A stretch of DNA of 64,000 nt from Pelagomonas calceolata (GCA_918797485.1 CAKKNE010000002.1:5146001-5210000), one strand, 5' to 3'. Positions 22,381 to 34,187 are shown, counted from the first letter of the stretch. The notes: generated from the letters alone by a model not told the origin. A program made the numbers and translations.

Positions 22381-22984
22381 CTTTATTGTACGCTTCGGCT
22401 GGCGTGGGGCTGCCCTGGTGCTGCCCAGGTGTTGTTGCCTGGGGCGGTGAGGCACGCCCGCGAGGCGCGTGAGACCGCTGCCGGCGCCGTCGAGCACCGA
22501 GCAGAGGCTGCCCGGAATGCGTCGTCGACGTGTGCGACCCGCCGGGCCGCGAGGGACGTGCTTTTTGGCCGGCGCTGCGAGGCGCTCCTCTCGCATGGGA
22601 GCTAGTGCCCCAAGGGCGAGCAGGCGTCCTGCTTCGCACAGCCTCCCGCGGCACTGATGGGCCGCGACGGTAGTGTAGTAGGGATCCGGCCCCACGAGCC
22701 GCCGGGCCTGTGCAACATGGGCTTTCGGCCTGGGTGCCCATCGCGCCGCGCCGCATTGTGCGCGCGCCGCAGCCGACGGCGCCCCAGAGGCTGCCCCAGC
22801 AACATCAGACGGACGTCCAGGGACCCGTCGAGCGGCCTGCAGCCGCGCGTGGCAAGCGCAGGAGCGAGGGCGGCAACAGAGTAGCGAGTAGGCCTAGCCT
22901 GCAGCATCGACGCGCGCGCGGGGCTGCCTAGGCGGCACATAGCGAGCAAGTGGGCACGCCGGCGGCGCGGGCCACACGACAAAG

Positions 22985-24613
22985 ATGGCCTCGCTCTACG
23001 AGCGCCTGCGAGCCTGCTTAGATCCGGCGCAGATCGTCCTATTGGAGATTGGCATCCTGGTCGTCGTCTGGCTGACCGTCGGCACGGTCGTTTTCGCGCT
23101 CAACCAGCCGAACTTCGACGCGATCGCGGACCGATGGATCTACTCCTTCTTCTTTTGTGTGAACGCGGGGCTGGGCGTGGGGAACGTACCTCTAGAACCT
23201 ACAAGATGGTACACGAAAATAATAGCGAGCGCGTTCTGTTTCGTGGGCCACACCATGGTGATTGGTGGCGCCGCCGTCTACTTTGCCGTACAAAGCGACA
23301 CGGTCATGAAGAAGGTCGCTCTGTCACCGGTACGGGAGGAACAGGTCCGACGGCAACGACTGCTGTATCACTTCTCCATATTTCTCTTCTTCGTGCTGGT
23401 GGGCGTCGTCATCGCGTTCACCACAGCTCAGTTGTCGGGATGGATGATGGCTTTCGAGTTCTCCGTGACGATGCTCACGAGTGCCGGTCTCGTGGAAGGC
23501 GTCGAGGACGATAGCGACTGGATCTGCCAGGCCTTGTGGATGCTGGCCGGTATTCCCTTCAGTATCGCCTTCTTCTCGGAACTCAGTGCGTATGTCTGGC
23601 ACGTCGCGCGGCACCATAGACACCGGAGGCACCATAGACAACACGGTTTCTCTGAATCTACGACGCAGCCCCTCCAAGATCGGTCTACCGATTCAATGCC
23701 GGCGACGGAATATATATACTTGGAGAGGCTAGCGCGGGCGGCCGGCTACCTACGGGAGCGGGACGCCGTACCAACAGAAAACGTCGAGCTAGAGGACCTC
23801 CAAGCGACCTTGCAGGTTGGGGAACTTATAGTATCACTGATCATATGGTGGCTCGCCGGTACTTTATTTTACTACTTGTACCAGGGCTTTTCTCTCGTAT
23901 ATTCCTTCTACTACGCGATCAACGTCGGGTTAGGTATCGGGAACTGCCCGTATCAGCCCGACAAGACGTGGAGTCGTTTGTACACGATCTTCCATTGTAT
24001 CGCTGGTTCAAGTTTGATCTATGGTGGCGTGTCCACGGTCTTCAAGGAAGCGACCGAGCGCCTACGGCAGCGCATGGATGATGATGATGTGAGTACCGAT
24101 AGCGAGGACGACGAGAGCGAGGAAGCCCAATTGGGCAGAGTGTACATATATGGTGTGATATATGTCATCTGCTTACTCCTTGGAATACCGGTGGCCTGGG
24201 TCTGCGGCTACACGAAATGGTACGACGTTGTCGAATTTACGATCACCTACATGACGACGGCGGGCTTGCTGTCCTTCGACCGGGATAACAGTCATGGCCC
24301 GATCTACTTCGTGTCGGCGTGCTACATCGCTCTGGCGATTCCCGTGGCCGCCGTGTTTATTTCGGAGCTGGCCTCGGAGGCCTTTGTGCACAGGGAGCAT
24401 AGGGTCATCAGCGACAGAATACGCGAGTCGGAAGATTCCGCCGCTGGAGGTTTCCAACCGCCACCCGCACCGCCCCCGTCGGGCCAGAAGAAGACGAACG
24501 TGCGCGTTCCCTCCGCCTACGCGCGCTTTTTGCGCGGCGTGAAGCGGCGCGTCGGCTTCTCGCGCTCGTCGTCATCGTCGGAGCGGCGGCCGTCGGCCGA
24601 CCGCGAGGCATGA
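22985..24613 (+). CDS. Tandem two-pore-type channel (8TM, 4 pore loops) with non-canonical filters
   Basis: Internally duplicated TM-P-TM-TM-P-TM unit; pores FCVNAGLGVGN, VTMLTSAGL, YAINVGLGIGN, ITYMTTAGL. Confidence 0.75.
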   Translation: MASLYERLRACLDPAQIVLLEIGILVVVWLTVGTVVFALNQPNFDAIADRWIYSFFFCVNAGLGVGNVPLEPTRWYTKIIASAFCFVGHTMVIGGAAVYFAVQSDTVMKKVALSPVREEQVRRQRLLYHFSIFLFFVLVGVVIAFTTAQLSGWMMAFEFSVTMLTSAGLVEGVEDDSDWICQALWMLAGIPFSIAFFSELSAYVWHVARHHRHRRHHRQHGFSESTTQPLQDRSTDSMPATEYIYLERLARAAGYLRERDAVPTENVELEDLQATLQVGELIVSLIIWWLAGTLFYYLYQGFSLVYSFYYAINVGLGIGNCPYQPDKTWSRLYTIFHCIAGSSLIYGGVSTVFKEATERLRQRMDDDDVSTDSEDDESEEAQLGRVYIYGVIYVICLLLGIPVAWVCGYTKWYDVVEFTITYMTTAGLLSFDRDNSHGPIYFVSACYIALAIPVAAVFISELASEAFVHREHRVISDRIRESEDSAAGGFQPPPAPPPSGQKKTNVRVPSAYARFLRGVKRRVGFSRSSSSSERRPSADREA

Positions 24614-24759
24614 CGACTCTTGTTTAATTTTATTTAGGATCAGTTTTGCTTTTTCGACCGCCTTCAAACCCGTGAGATAGAATTGATCAGGCTGCCCGCT
24701 TGTGCCCTGCCCCCGGGAATGGGCTGCTTTGTGCGTGACTGGCCGAAAAACAGGGATCC

Positions 24760-25266
24760 ATGATGCGGCGACGCAGTGGCCGAAGGCTGTTCCATCTCTT
24801 CGGCATCGCAGCACTCACACGCAGCAGCAGAGCACTCCTTGCCATTCCGACCGCACGACGACGGGCCGCACCATTGATGGCGGAGGGACGGGGCGTCGAC
24901 CACTTGAGCGCTGCGCTTGAAGAGGGAGATTTAGTGCTCTATCAAACCGGGCAATGGGCCGTCGACGGCGTGACAATTGGTGACGGTGAACCAGCACTTG
25001 CGTACGCCGTCGTCGATACGTTGCAGCTCGTCTTCACGCACAACTGCGAACATGGGTGGATCTACGGCAGCGCGCTGGAACGCGACGACTCTGACGGCTC
25101 GCTGCGGCCGCCGGACGGCGACGCGTTCGTCCAGCTAGGGCCGGAGCAGCTACTTGCTCGCTTGGACGGCGACGCGCTCGGCGACGGCGTCTCCTACGAG
25201 CTCGGAGACGCGGGGCGGCGGGCGGTGGAGGAGGCGCGCGTGCGACTGGCTAGTTGGGGGGATTAG
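24760..25266 (+). CDS. Hypothetical protein, possibly plastid-targeted
   Basis: Hydrophobic leader plus Arg/Ala transit-like stretch, then a globular domain. Confidence 0.55.
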   Translation: MMRRRSGRRLFHLFGIAALTRSSRALLAIPTARRRAAPLMAEGRGVDHLSAALEEGDLVLYQTGQWAVDGVTIGDGEPALAYAVVDTLQLVFTHNCEHGWIYGSALERDDSDGSLRPPDGDAFVQLGPEQLLARLDGDALGDGVSYELGDAGRRAVEEARVRLASWGD

Positions 25267-25466
25267 TATCGTTCTCTAGCAAAAGGCAGCCCTGGGCAAA
25301 CGAAGAGCGATCCAAACGGACTCATCAAAGAGACGGATGTTGGTCGACCCCGTGCCCTGGCCATCTCCGACCGCGAGGACTTCGGCCGCAGACTGCCAAG
25401 TGTCGCCCCTCGTGCGCGCTCGCTACGCAATAACCTGTAAAGCTGTTGCAGCCACCGACTCCCACC

Positions 25467-27043
25467 ATGATTAGACGGATCGTGCTGGCACTCGCTGTGG
25501 CTCAGGCCTCGGCGAAAGTCTTTTTTGAGGAGGTCCCGAACCAGCGCCCAAGCAAGCCGCACGCGCGCGCGGCTGCACTGCATGCAAAACCGAGGCGTAG
25601 CAGCGCATCTGTCACACACACTGGCGCTGCGCGTGACGTATAACAACGCGAAACCACTGCCGCGCGGGCGACCCGCGCTGCCGACCCGCGGCGGCCAGCA
25701 AGCGCAGCGGTCCACACACACGCCGCCGCCGCCGCGCCGCAGCACCGACCCGCGCGCCCCCCGCACGCAGACCTTCGACAAGGACATCGGCAAGCGCTGG
25801 ACCGTGTCCGAGTGGAAGGACGCCGACAGCACCGGTAAATGGGTCCACACGCCCGGCGAGTGGTTCGTGGAAAGCGCCAAGAAGGAGGCCCACGGCATGC
25901 AGGCCTCCGAGGACATGAAATTTCATTCTATCAGTGCGCCGTTGGACAAGAAGGCGTCGACGACGGACGGTACTTTGGTGGTCCAGTTCACCGTGAAGCA
26001 CGAGAAGAAGGATTATGCGTTTTGCGGCGGCGGCTACATCAAGTTGCTGCCGGGGAAGGTCGACGCCAAGGCCTTCGGCGGGGACACGCCCTACAGCATC
26101 ATGTTCGGTCCTGATCTGTGTGGCTATGATGTTTCTAGAATTCATCTGATCTTCGAGCACAACGGCGAGAACCTGCTTAAAGAAGATGAAATTAAATTAG
26201 ACTACGCGGACAAGGACGAGTTCACGCATCTCTACACTCTTGTCTTGGAGAAGGACGGTAGCTACGAGGTCTTCCTCGACCAGGACTCCAAGGCCCAGGG
26301 CAACATCGTGGACGGCTGGGCCTTCCCCGACAAGGAGATCAAGGACCCGGAGGTCAGCAAGCCCGAGGACTGGGTCGACACGAAGAAGATCCCCGACCCC
26401 GAGGCCGTCAAGCCCGACGGCTACGACGACATCCCCGCCGAGATCCCGGACCCCGAGGCGGAGCAGCCCGAGGACTGGGACGCGGAAGAGGACGGCGAGT
26501 GGGAGCCGTGCGCAGCGGCGTCCTTTCTTATTTTATGGTTGCGCGCGCCCGACGCCGTCGAAGCGGCCTTCTGAGAGTCACCGCGTCACCGCGACGCCGT
26601 CGACGCGTCACCGCGATGCGACTCTCACCTATGCCCACGCTAGGCCTATGATCGACAACCCCGACTACAAGGGCGAGTGGAAGGCGCCGATGATCGACAA
26701 CCCCGACTACAAGGGCCCCTGGGAGCACCCGCTGATCCCGAACAAGGACTACGCGCCCGAGACCTACGCGAAATACAAGGACCTCACGACCGTCGGCTTC
26801 GAGCTCTGGACGGTGAACGGCGGCTCGATCTTCGACAACATTTTGGTGACCGACGATAAAAAATATGCCGACAAGATGGCCGAGAAGACGTGGAAGAAGA
26901 TCAAGGGCGAGGAAGGTAGTGGAGAGAAGGAGGCCAAGGAGGCCTGGAAGAAGGAGAACGAGCCCGAGGAGGAGGAGCCGGAGGAGGACGAGGATGATGA
27001 CGACGAGGACGACGACGACGAGGAGGAGCACGACGAGCTCTAG
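25467..27043 (+). CDS. CALR: Calreticulin; introns 25533-25770 and 26508-26643
   Basis: Signal peptide, VFFEE, CGGGYIKL, IMFGPD, P-domain repeats (IPDPEAVKP, MIDNPDYKG), acidic tail, HDEL. Confidence 0.97.
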
Positions 27044-27475
27044 GTCGTCGCCCGTTTTTCGTTCCCCTGTCATTAGTAATTCTCTCTTATGAAGTCTTTT
27101 ACCCATGCCCTAGGCCTCGCCGATGCCCGCGAGGCACGCGAGCACGTGCGCGATCGACTTGACGCCGAAGGCCGAGCCCAGTCGCGGCGATGGTGCATTT
27201 TTATAAGGAAGGAACTTTACGAGGGGGGAGAGGTAGGGGGAGGGGGGGGGATGTCTGACGCCCGGCGGACAGCACACCCCGTCGGCACTATGCTATCTTG
27301 CCCATTGAACAGGCTCCTGCCTTGCGCGGTCGATCGCAGGCAGCGCCGCAATACCGGGTGGAGCTCCTTGTGCACGCTGGGGAAGGCGACGCTCACGGTA
27401 CGTCACCACGTGCGCTCGGCGCCCGACGGGAGGGAAGTGGGGAGGGGGGCGGGAAAACGGAGGATGACGAGCTGA

Positions 27476-30090
27476 TCAGGCCTGCTTCTTCGAGGACCGC
27501 GTGCTCCGCGACGTCGACGGAGGCTTGCGCTTGCTGCTCTTCTTCGACACGAGGACGTCGAGCTGCGACGCCTGGAGCACCTTGATGTATCGGCGCCGCG
27601 CCGCGATGAGCTTCGCGCTCAGCTGGTGCTTCGCGGGCAGCGTGCCCTGGATGACTAGCGTCGTCCTGGACGTCATGGCGTTACTCGTGGAGGCGACGCC
27701 GCGGGTCATCAGGTACTCGCAGACCGCGGCCTTGTCGTCGAAGCCTTCGACGTGGCCGGTAATGACCACCTGTGTGGAATCAACCAGTGAGTTAGGTCAC
27801 TGGGACATCGTCGCGTCGATGGCGTAGACTCTTAAGCCATCGCGCAGACCCAGTTACGGAAATATGTCGCGTCGACGGGTGGGGCGCCCGAGATTTGATT
27901 TCCACACAGATGACCACGTCCTTGGCGCCCTTCAAATCGTCGACGCGGCCGCGCTTCACGGCCGGCAGGGTGCCCACTACCGAGGCAATCACCGTCTCGA
28001 GCGCGTTGTCCGGCAGGAGTCGGCACAGGTCCTCCTCCGCGATCAATTTGGTCGAGGTCGACGACCTTTCAGCAAATCTAATGGAGTCCGACGTCGCGCC
28101 CGAAGGAGCGATGACGTAGTCGTCCTTTTTGCACGCCTTGCTCCTAGAAACCTTCGATACGTCCAGCACGTCGGTCAGTATGAGCGCCCAGTTGTCGTGC
28201 GTGAATTCCTTCGGGCAGCCTGTATGGAAATCAACAAGTGAGTAGACGTCGCGCCATAAAATTGTGGTCCGCGCCGGGGCTTACTGACGCGCACGCGTTT
28301 TCCTTCGAAGTCTTCCAACTTCAAATCCGAAACCGGAGACTCTGTCATCTCAACGTCAGTGGCCGTGGGAACAGCAGCCTCCGCGGCGGCCGCGATGAAC
28401 TTCTCCTTCTCCTTCTCGAACGCGGCCTTGTGCCTGTGTGGAAATCAGATGTCGCGTCGATGGCTTGAGATGCGCGTGAAATTTGATCTCCACACTTGTA
28501 CCAACTCTTCGTAGCGCTTTTCAGCAATGAATCGGTCGTGGGCGCGGACAAATCCGACAAATTCATGCGGAATCCCGAGCGATTCGATAGGTACCCAGCC
28601 CTCGACGGGTTCGACGAGGTAGCACTCACCCTCGCGAAGGTTCCCGATACAGAGGTGACGCTCCATGACCGTCGTCTCTGCTGGGAGGTATTTTGGTCCA
28701 GATGTCGTGTTGACTAAAACGCCGGCCGCGTCGACGACTTTGCGTTCAACGTCAGGATAAATGGAACGTAGCGCAGGCTGAGGTCCGAACTCGAATCGCT
28801 GAAGCCCGAGCGATTCGAGAGGCACCCAGCCCAAGACTGGTTTCCTGATGAAGCACTCGCCCTCGCGAAGGTTCTTTGTCGACACGTGGCCCTCCATGAC
28901 CTTCGTTCCCGCTCCGAGGTATTTCCTGGGACCAGATGTCGTGTTGACTATAACGCCGGCCGCGTCGACGACTTTGTGCTCAAAGCCAGGATAAGAGGAA
29001 CGTAGTTTCGGCTTCGGCCGAGCCTTCGCGGTCTTAGGTGCGTACGAGGAGCGTTCGACGGGAGTCAGAGCCGCCCACTCAGCCTCCCGCGCGGCCTGGG
29101 CCTCGGGCGAGTCGACGATGGCGTCGGCGTGCTCGGCGCACTCGCGTAACTCATCATCCGAGAGGACGGAGGCTTCGACTGGAAAGAGTGGTGGCTGCTT
29201 GACCGGCGGCGCATCAGGCCGTTCCGACGCGTACCGCACGTACAACGCCCGGAGATTGTAACGCAAAGCGTCGCGGTGTGACCGGTCCCCGCCGAACTTC
29301 AGCAGGTAGCCGTCGGCGAGCCCGCCCCAGTCGCGATCCTCGTCGCCCTTCGACGCCACATGGGCGACCTGTGTGCAAATTTATCAATCTGTGAGTCGAC
29401 GTCGCGTCGTCGTCGCGTGATTTGTACACTGCAGTCGACGACGAAGGCGATCTGTTCTTCCGTGTAGCTCATCTGTTTCCCACGAGCGCCAACCTTGTAC
29501 TCGCCGAGGCGCTCCGCTTCAAGTCTTAGGTCGCGCGGCAGGCTCTTGTCGACGGGGACTGTGCTGAGGACGAGGTAGAGGGCGAGCTGGCCGTTTAAGC
29601 CGGTCGTGACGTTCTTGCCGCACTCATCAACGTTGAATTCCTGCAGCTTATTACCAAAGGCCGCGTGCGCGTTCTTGCACCAGTTTTCCTCGGCGCCGGT
29701 TTCCCCGTCGTGCTTGTCGCCGTCGGCCGTGAACCGCTCGTCTACGGACGGCCAGACGACTGCGATGGAGAGCACCTTGTCGTCGCCGTCGGCGAGGTCG
29801 CGGATGCCGATGTTGTTTAACTCCTTCGTGTGAACACCGATCATTTTAGTAGCGTTGTGCCCGGTCTTCGAGCCGCCGGCGTACATACCAACGGCGTTGA
29901 AACCGCTCTTGGCCGTTTGATTGGCGATGTGCCCGAGCATCGCCTTGGCGTTCTCCTCGTTGTAGGGCAGCTTGCTGTGAATAATGCCATATGTGCGGTC
30001 GTGCGACGTGTGCGACTTTACGGCTTTGGGCGCAAGGCCGGCGGCCGCGGCGACGGCCATCGCCAGCAGGATACCCCTTCTCGTAGCCAT
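27476..30090 (-). CDS. 752-aa protein: signal-peptide-like leader, two SH3-like repeats, C-terminal BRCT domain(s); exons 30090-29440, 29368-28506, 28433-28285, 28219-27918, 27769-27476
   Basis: Removing four introner introns gives one continuous frame; BRCT-like VVITG...MTSRTTLVIQG...KLIAARRRYIKVL. Confidence 0.7.
27770..27917 (-). mobile_element. Introner intron, GT-AG
   Basis: Perfect 8-bp TSD GTGGTCAT; TIRs CTGTGTGGAAATC...GATTCCACACAG. Confidence 0.92.
28220..28284 (-). mobile_element. Degenerate introner intron, GT-AG
   Basis: GTAAG donor; 3' end TTGATTTCCATACAG; removal restores frame. Confidence 0.7.
28434..28505 (-). mobile_element. Introner intron, GT-AG
   Basis: GTGTGGAGATCAAA...TGATTTCCACACAG; internal GCCATCGACGCG; removal restores frame. 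Confidence 0.75.
29369..29439 (-). mobile_element. Degenerate introner intron, GT-AG
   Basis: CAGTGTACAAATC...ATTTGCACACAG; partial TSD GTCG; removal restores frame. Confidence 0.7.
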
Positions 30091-30759
30091 GGTTGGTGTT
30101 GCCTCGTGGCGCTCGTGGCGTGTCGTGAGCTGTGAGCGGCGTCGAGACGGTTGAGCGCCGGCGTCTCAATGAACGCGGCGCAAAATGAAACGCGGCGCAG
30201 TACCGGCGCGTGCCGGGGCCGTACTAGAGGCACGTGAGCGGCCGCGGTGTCCCCGTAGCGCGAGTTATGCGCAGGTCGTTAATTAATCTGGAAGAGTTTG
30301 TTGGGCCCACAGATTCGTCGCGCGTGAGAAACAGAGCTCCCGTCACTGTAACGCTTCGTCCGTGTGACCGCGAGAAGACCCCGTACCGCGAGATACCGGT
30401 CAGTCTGATGGCAACGAGCTTGCGTTTGCTAAGTGCTAAGACACACTAGGAAGCACCAAGGCTGCATGTGTTTCAGCAGCTGGCGCTGCTGTACGCCCTC
30501 TCAGACGACCTTGGCACGCAGGGCGGTACGCTAATTGGCTATACTGCCAGCCGCGGTGGCCTCGCTGAACGAAGGAGCGCCCCGTTGCCCCCGGAGAGCC
30601 GCTCTCAGCAGCTCTCAGGAACGTCGCCGCAGCGGCGCCCGCGCGTATCGCGCGGCACCGAGCTGAGCCTTTGCCGGAAAGCATCGCAGCTGCGGCGCCC
30701 GCGGAGAGGCTGGGAGAGCCGCTTCGCCCCGCAGCCTCTGCGGAAACGCCGCCGCGGAG

Positions 30760-32598
30760 ATGGACCGAGAAGACTCCAAGCTCAGCTCGAGCTCCGCCGA
30801 AGAGGCCATCAGCTCGGACGAGGACGACCAAAAAACCACAGGAGACCGCGCCCCGGACGCCGCCGGCTTGATACTCGCAACAGCAAGAGCCGCCGGCGCG
30901 CCCATCACGCCCAAAGATTTGGCCCAGCGCGCCAAGCACGCCGCGGAGCTCTTCGGGTTCGTCGAGGACTGGAGCGACCTCACGAAGACCCTCGCGGCCT
31001 GCGGCGCTCTGGCCCCGTTCACGCGACCTCCACCACAAACACAACCGCTGCCGCCGGCGAAGCAAGCTAGACTCGAGGAGGACGGCGCGAGATTGTACCA
31101 CGCTTCCAGGGTTGCCCCCTTCCACGCGCGGGCCTTCGATTTAGCAAGAGACGGCCGCTTCGAGGAGCTGGAGGCGGCCTGCGGGTCTGCCGCGGCGACG
31201 ACGCTCAAGGCGTGGTGCTTTCACATGAGCCCCAAGTGGGCGACGCTGCGGAGAAAACGGTTGCGACGGTTGGACGCGCGAGGTCTGCGGACGGCGCGCG
31301 TGGCGCTCTTAGCGTGCCAGCCCGGTCTGGAACTCGACGAGGACCTGAGCGAGACGGAGCCGTCCTCTCCTCTTTCAAGAGCAGCGGCGCAGCTCGGCCT
31401 GGGACCGTGGGCCGCCCCCCCTCAAGCCTCCGCGGCCGAGGAGTGGCGCGAGGAAACTCGGAGAAGACGCGCCGGCGGCCTATCTTCTGATGGCGCGGCC
31501 TGCGACGGCGACGCTCGTGCCCGCGTTGCCCCGGCGCCGCCTTCGTTACTAAAGGCTTCGGGCTCCGCGCCGCGCCTCGCCGCGGCCGCGCGCGCCGTCG
31601 CGGCGTTGGCGCGAGCTAGGGCCAAGCTCGCGGCGGCGCGCGACCGCGACGCAATGGCACGCACTGCGTTCATCGACGCCGGCGCCGAGGACGCGATCTC
31701 GCGGCCGCCCGGGTCGACGTATCAGCGCCCTCCTCCACAAAAGAAGCGCCCCTCGTCGTCGTCCTCAAAGAAGAAGAAGAAGAAAGGTAGACTGGACCCG
31801 CCGCCGCCCCCTCCCACGGAAGACGACTTGGCCCTTCGTGCGAGATTAGTGGAAGCCGCCGCCAAGCCGACGCCGCCGTCGGCCGAATTGGCGGCAGCAG
31901 CACCGGCGCCCGCGGCCTCCGCCGGCGCGCCGGCGCCGCCCCCGGTGCAGCTCGAGAAATTGGGCCCGGCGCCACGTTTACGGGAGGGCGACGACGCGTC
32001 GGCTCTGGCGACGCGGGCCTCGGCCGGCGACGCGCCCCTCTACCGACCCAGTCGACGACCGCCAGCGCCGGCCGACGCACGTAGGTTGCTCCACGACCTC
32101 GCGCCGGCGACGTTCGACGCCGGGCGCCGCGGCGCCATGGCGCCGCCGCCCGGCGGCGCCGACGCCGACGCGGCGGCCTGGCGCCGCGTCTCGGCGCTCG
32201 TCGAGGGCGCGGCGGCCGTGGCGGCGGCGCGGCGCGTCGGCGGCGCGTGGTCGCCCGCGGCGTCGCCGCACGGCAACGCGGCGCTGTCGCCGCGCGGGCG
32301 CCGCGGCCACGCGCCGTCGCCGCCGCCGTTGAACCTGCCGGGCCTCGCGCTGCCCGCCGTGCCGCCGCAGAGCCCGCGCGACCTGCCGGCGCCCGACGCA
32401 GCGCGGTTAAATGCCCCGTACGGCGGGCCGGGCGCCGGCGCCGGCAAGCGCGCCCGCGAGGCCGCGGCGGCCGCGCGCGCGCGCGGCGACCACGACGACG
32501 CGGCCGCCCTTTCTAGGAACGCGGTCGTCCTCGCCGAAATGAAGCGCGACATCGACGCATTGCTCGCGGAGGCGCAGGTCGCGCCGCCGCCCCAATGA
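30760..32598 (+). CDS. Hypothetical low-complexity, probably nuclear protein
   Basis: 612-aa ORF; poly-K NLS-like run; Ala/Pro-rich. Confidence 0.6.
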   Translation: MDREDSKLSSSSAEEAISSDEDDQKTTGDRAPDAAGLILATARAAGAPITPKDLAQRAKHAAELFGFVEDWSDLTKTLAACGALAPFTRPPPQTQPLPPAKQARLEEDGARLYHASRVAPFHARAFDLARDGRFEELEAACGSAAATTLKAWCFHMSPKWATLRRKRLRRLDARGLRTARVALLACQPGLELDEDLSETEPSSPLSRAAAQLGLGPWAAPPQASAAEEWREETRRRRAGGLSSDGAACDGDARARVAPAPPSLLKASGSAPRLAAAARAVAALARARAKLAAARDRDAMARTAFIDAGAEDAISRPPGSTYQRPPPQKKRPSSSSSKKKKKKGRLDPPPPPPTEDDLALRARLVEAAAKPTPPSAELAAAAPAPAASAGAPAPPPVQLEKLGPAPRLREGDDASALATRASAGDAPLYRPSRRPPAPADARRLLHDLAPATFDAGRRGAMAPPPGGADADAAAWRRVSALVEGAAAVAAARRVGGAWSPAASPHGNAALSPRGRRGHAPSPPPLNLPGLALPAVPPQSPRDLPAPDAARLNAPYGGPGAGAGKRAREAAAAARARGDHDDAAALSRNAVVLAEMKRDIDALLAEAQVAPPPQ

Positions 32599-32627
32599 AT
32601 AATTCGTTTTCACCGGACTTAGTGAAC

Positions 32628-34187
32628 TTACTCAGTCGTCGTGGGTCCCGTCCTTCTCCAGGTCCCATCCTGCTGCTGGACCATGACAACCATGCCATCC
32701 CCTGCGTCGTCGTCGCTCTCGGAATCATCGCCCTCGCGCAACGCCGGCAGGCACTGCCGCACCTTACTTCTGAACTGCTCTATTGTCCCTTCGTAATTCC
32801 GGCGAGTTGTCCATTCGCCAAAGTTTGAACTGCTAAAACCCATGGTGCCGCTCGAGTATGACCTTCTATAACCCGCGGCGGCGATCGCCGCTTTGGCGCC
32901 GCGAGGTACGCCGATAACTGGCACCAGGCCAACCGTACCCGCGTCGCGCCGTAGCAAGCGCCGCAAGTTCAAGTTATGAGTTATTGTAAACGCCCGCGGT
33001 GCCATAAATTTGCACTGCGCGCTGACTTCCCCGCGGTCGTTCCACTGAATAGACAGCTCAACTGCGTGGTCGGCCAAGAACACGGGCGACGTGCTTCCGC
33101 CCTCGAGCGTGGCGCCGTACCCAAAGCCTGCCGATGAGATGAACGTGGCGTCAAGCTCCTGCACTTGGCACGACGCGTCGTCGGCGACGGGCTTGACACA
33201 TAAGCCGACGTAGGCGCAGTCTAACAGTCCGCCGGACGGCCCGTCCGTGGCCGTGAATTTAAAGCTAAGCTTGGTGCCAATGGCGTGGTGCCCCTCCGCG
33301 GCAGTGTTGTGCCGCCGCGAAAAGGGCTCCCCAAAGAAGAAGCGCACGCCGAGCGCTTGAGCTGCCGGCAGGAAGCGCTGATCCGCCTCGACGCCCGCCA
33401 TTGGCACCACGCTCCGGTCGACGTTGGCGGGGCCGCGCCATAAGATGGGGCAGGCGCCGTCGGCCACTCTATACGCCTCCCGCGCGTCGCCCACGAGCCC
33501 TGGTCTCCACAGCCCTGCATCCCACGTGCCCTGGTCGAAATACACCACGAGGATGCCCAGCGATGCCCACGAGCCATCGGTCTCCAGGCGCTCGATGGCC
33601 CGTCGACACGCGCGCTCCAAGCCAGTTCTTTCGTGCAGGCGCCCCAACTGAAACCGCGCCTCCAGCAGGTCCCGCCAGGCCGGCGCCCAGTCGACCCGGC
33701 GGAGGGCGCGGCCCGCCGCCGCGAGCGCGCAGAGGCCGCGCGGCCCGCTGAACGCCGCCGCGAGCTGGAAGGCGTCGCTGGCGAGGAGCCTCTCGACGCC
33801 CGGCGGGAGCGCGGCGGCCGGCGTCGGCGTCGGCGGCGCGGACCGTTGCTGCGACGCGAGGTAGCGCCGTACTTCGACGCGGCTGCGCAGCGCCTTGCGC
33901 CCCCGCGGCGGCAGCCACGTCTGATAGGTGCCGCCGGCCTGGCCGCCCGTTTTTCTCGTGTGCGTCGTGATGGTCCAGCCATTAGCCTGTAGCACTGCGT
34001 CGTCGAGTTGCGTGAGTGCCGGTTGTGCACTGCTCGCGGCGAGGACGTGCAGCTCGCTCGCCTGGAACTCGATGGGGGCGTCGTAGCCGTCGAGGTCCAC
34101 CATGAACCACCCCGGTCTGCTTACGCCTGTCACGACGCCCTCGACGTCGTCGAGAATCAGCACTACTCTATCGCCGACGGCTGGCAT
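32628..34187 (-). CDS. KOW/Tudor-like + MBD-like + F-box-like protein
   Basis: VGDRVVL..GVVTG..GWFMVDLDG; GWTITTHTRKTGGQAG..WLPPRGRKALRSRVEVRRYL (MBD-like); LCALAAAGRALRR..W. Confidence 0.65.
   Translation of the reverse strand: MPAVGDRVVLILDDVEGVVTGVSRPGWFMVDLDGYDAPIEFQASELHVLAASSAQPALTQLDDAVLQANGWTITTHTRKTGGQAGGTYQTWLPPRGRKALRSRVEVRRYLASQQRSAPPTPTPAAALPPGVERLLASDAFQLAAAFSGPRGLCALAAAGRALRRVDWAPAWRDLLEARFQLGRLHERTGLERACRRAIERLETDGSWASLGILVVYFDQGTWDAGLWRPGLVGDAREAYRVADGACPILWRGPANVDRSVVPMAGVEADQRFLPAAQALGVRFFFGEPFSRRHNTAAEGHHAIGTKLSFKFTATDGPSGGLLDCAYVGLCVKPVADDASCQVQELDATFISSAGFGYGATLEGGSTSPVFLADHAVELSIQWNDRGEVSAQCKFMAPRAFTITHNLNLRRLLRRDAGTVGLVPVIGVPRGAKAAIAAAGYRRSYSSGTMGFSSSNFGEWTTRRNYEGTIEQFRSKVRQCLPALREGDDSESDDDAGDGMVVMVQQQDGTWRRTGPTTTE

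Noticed and set aside
27221..27250. G-rich tract, possible G-quadruplex
   Set aside because: Low-complexity intergenic run with no supporting evidence
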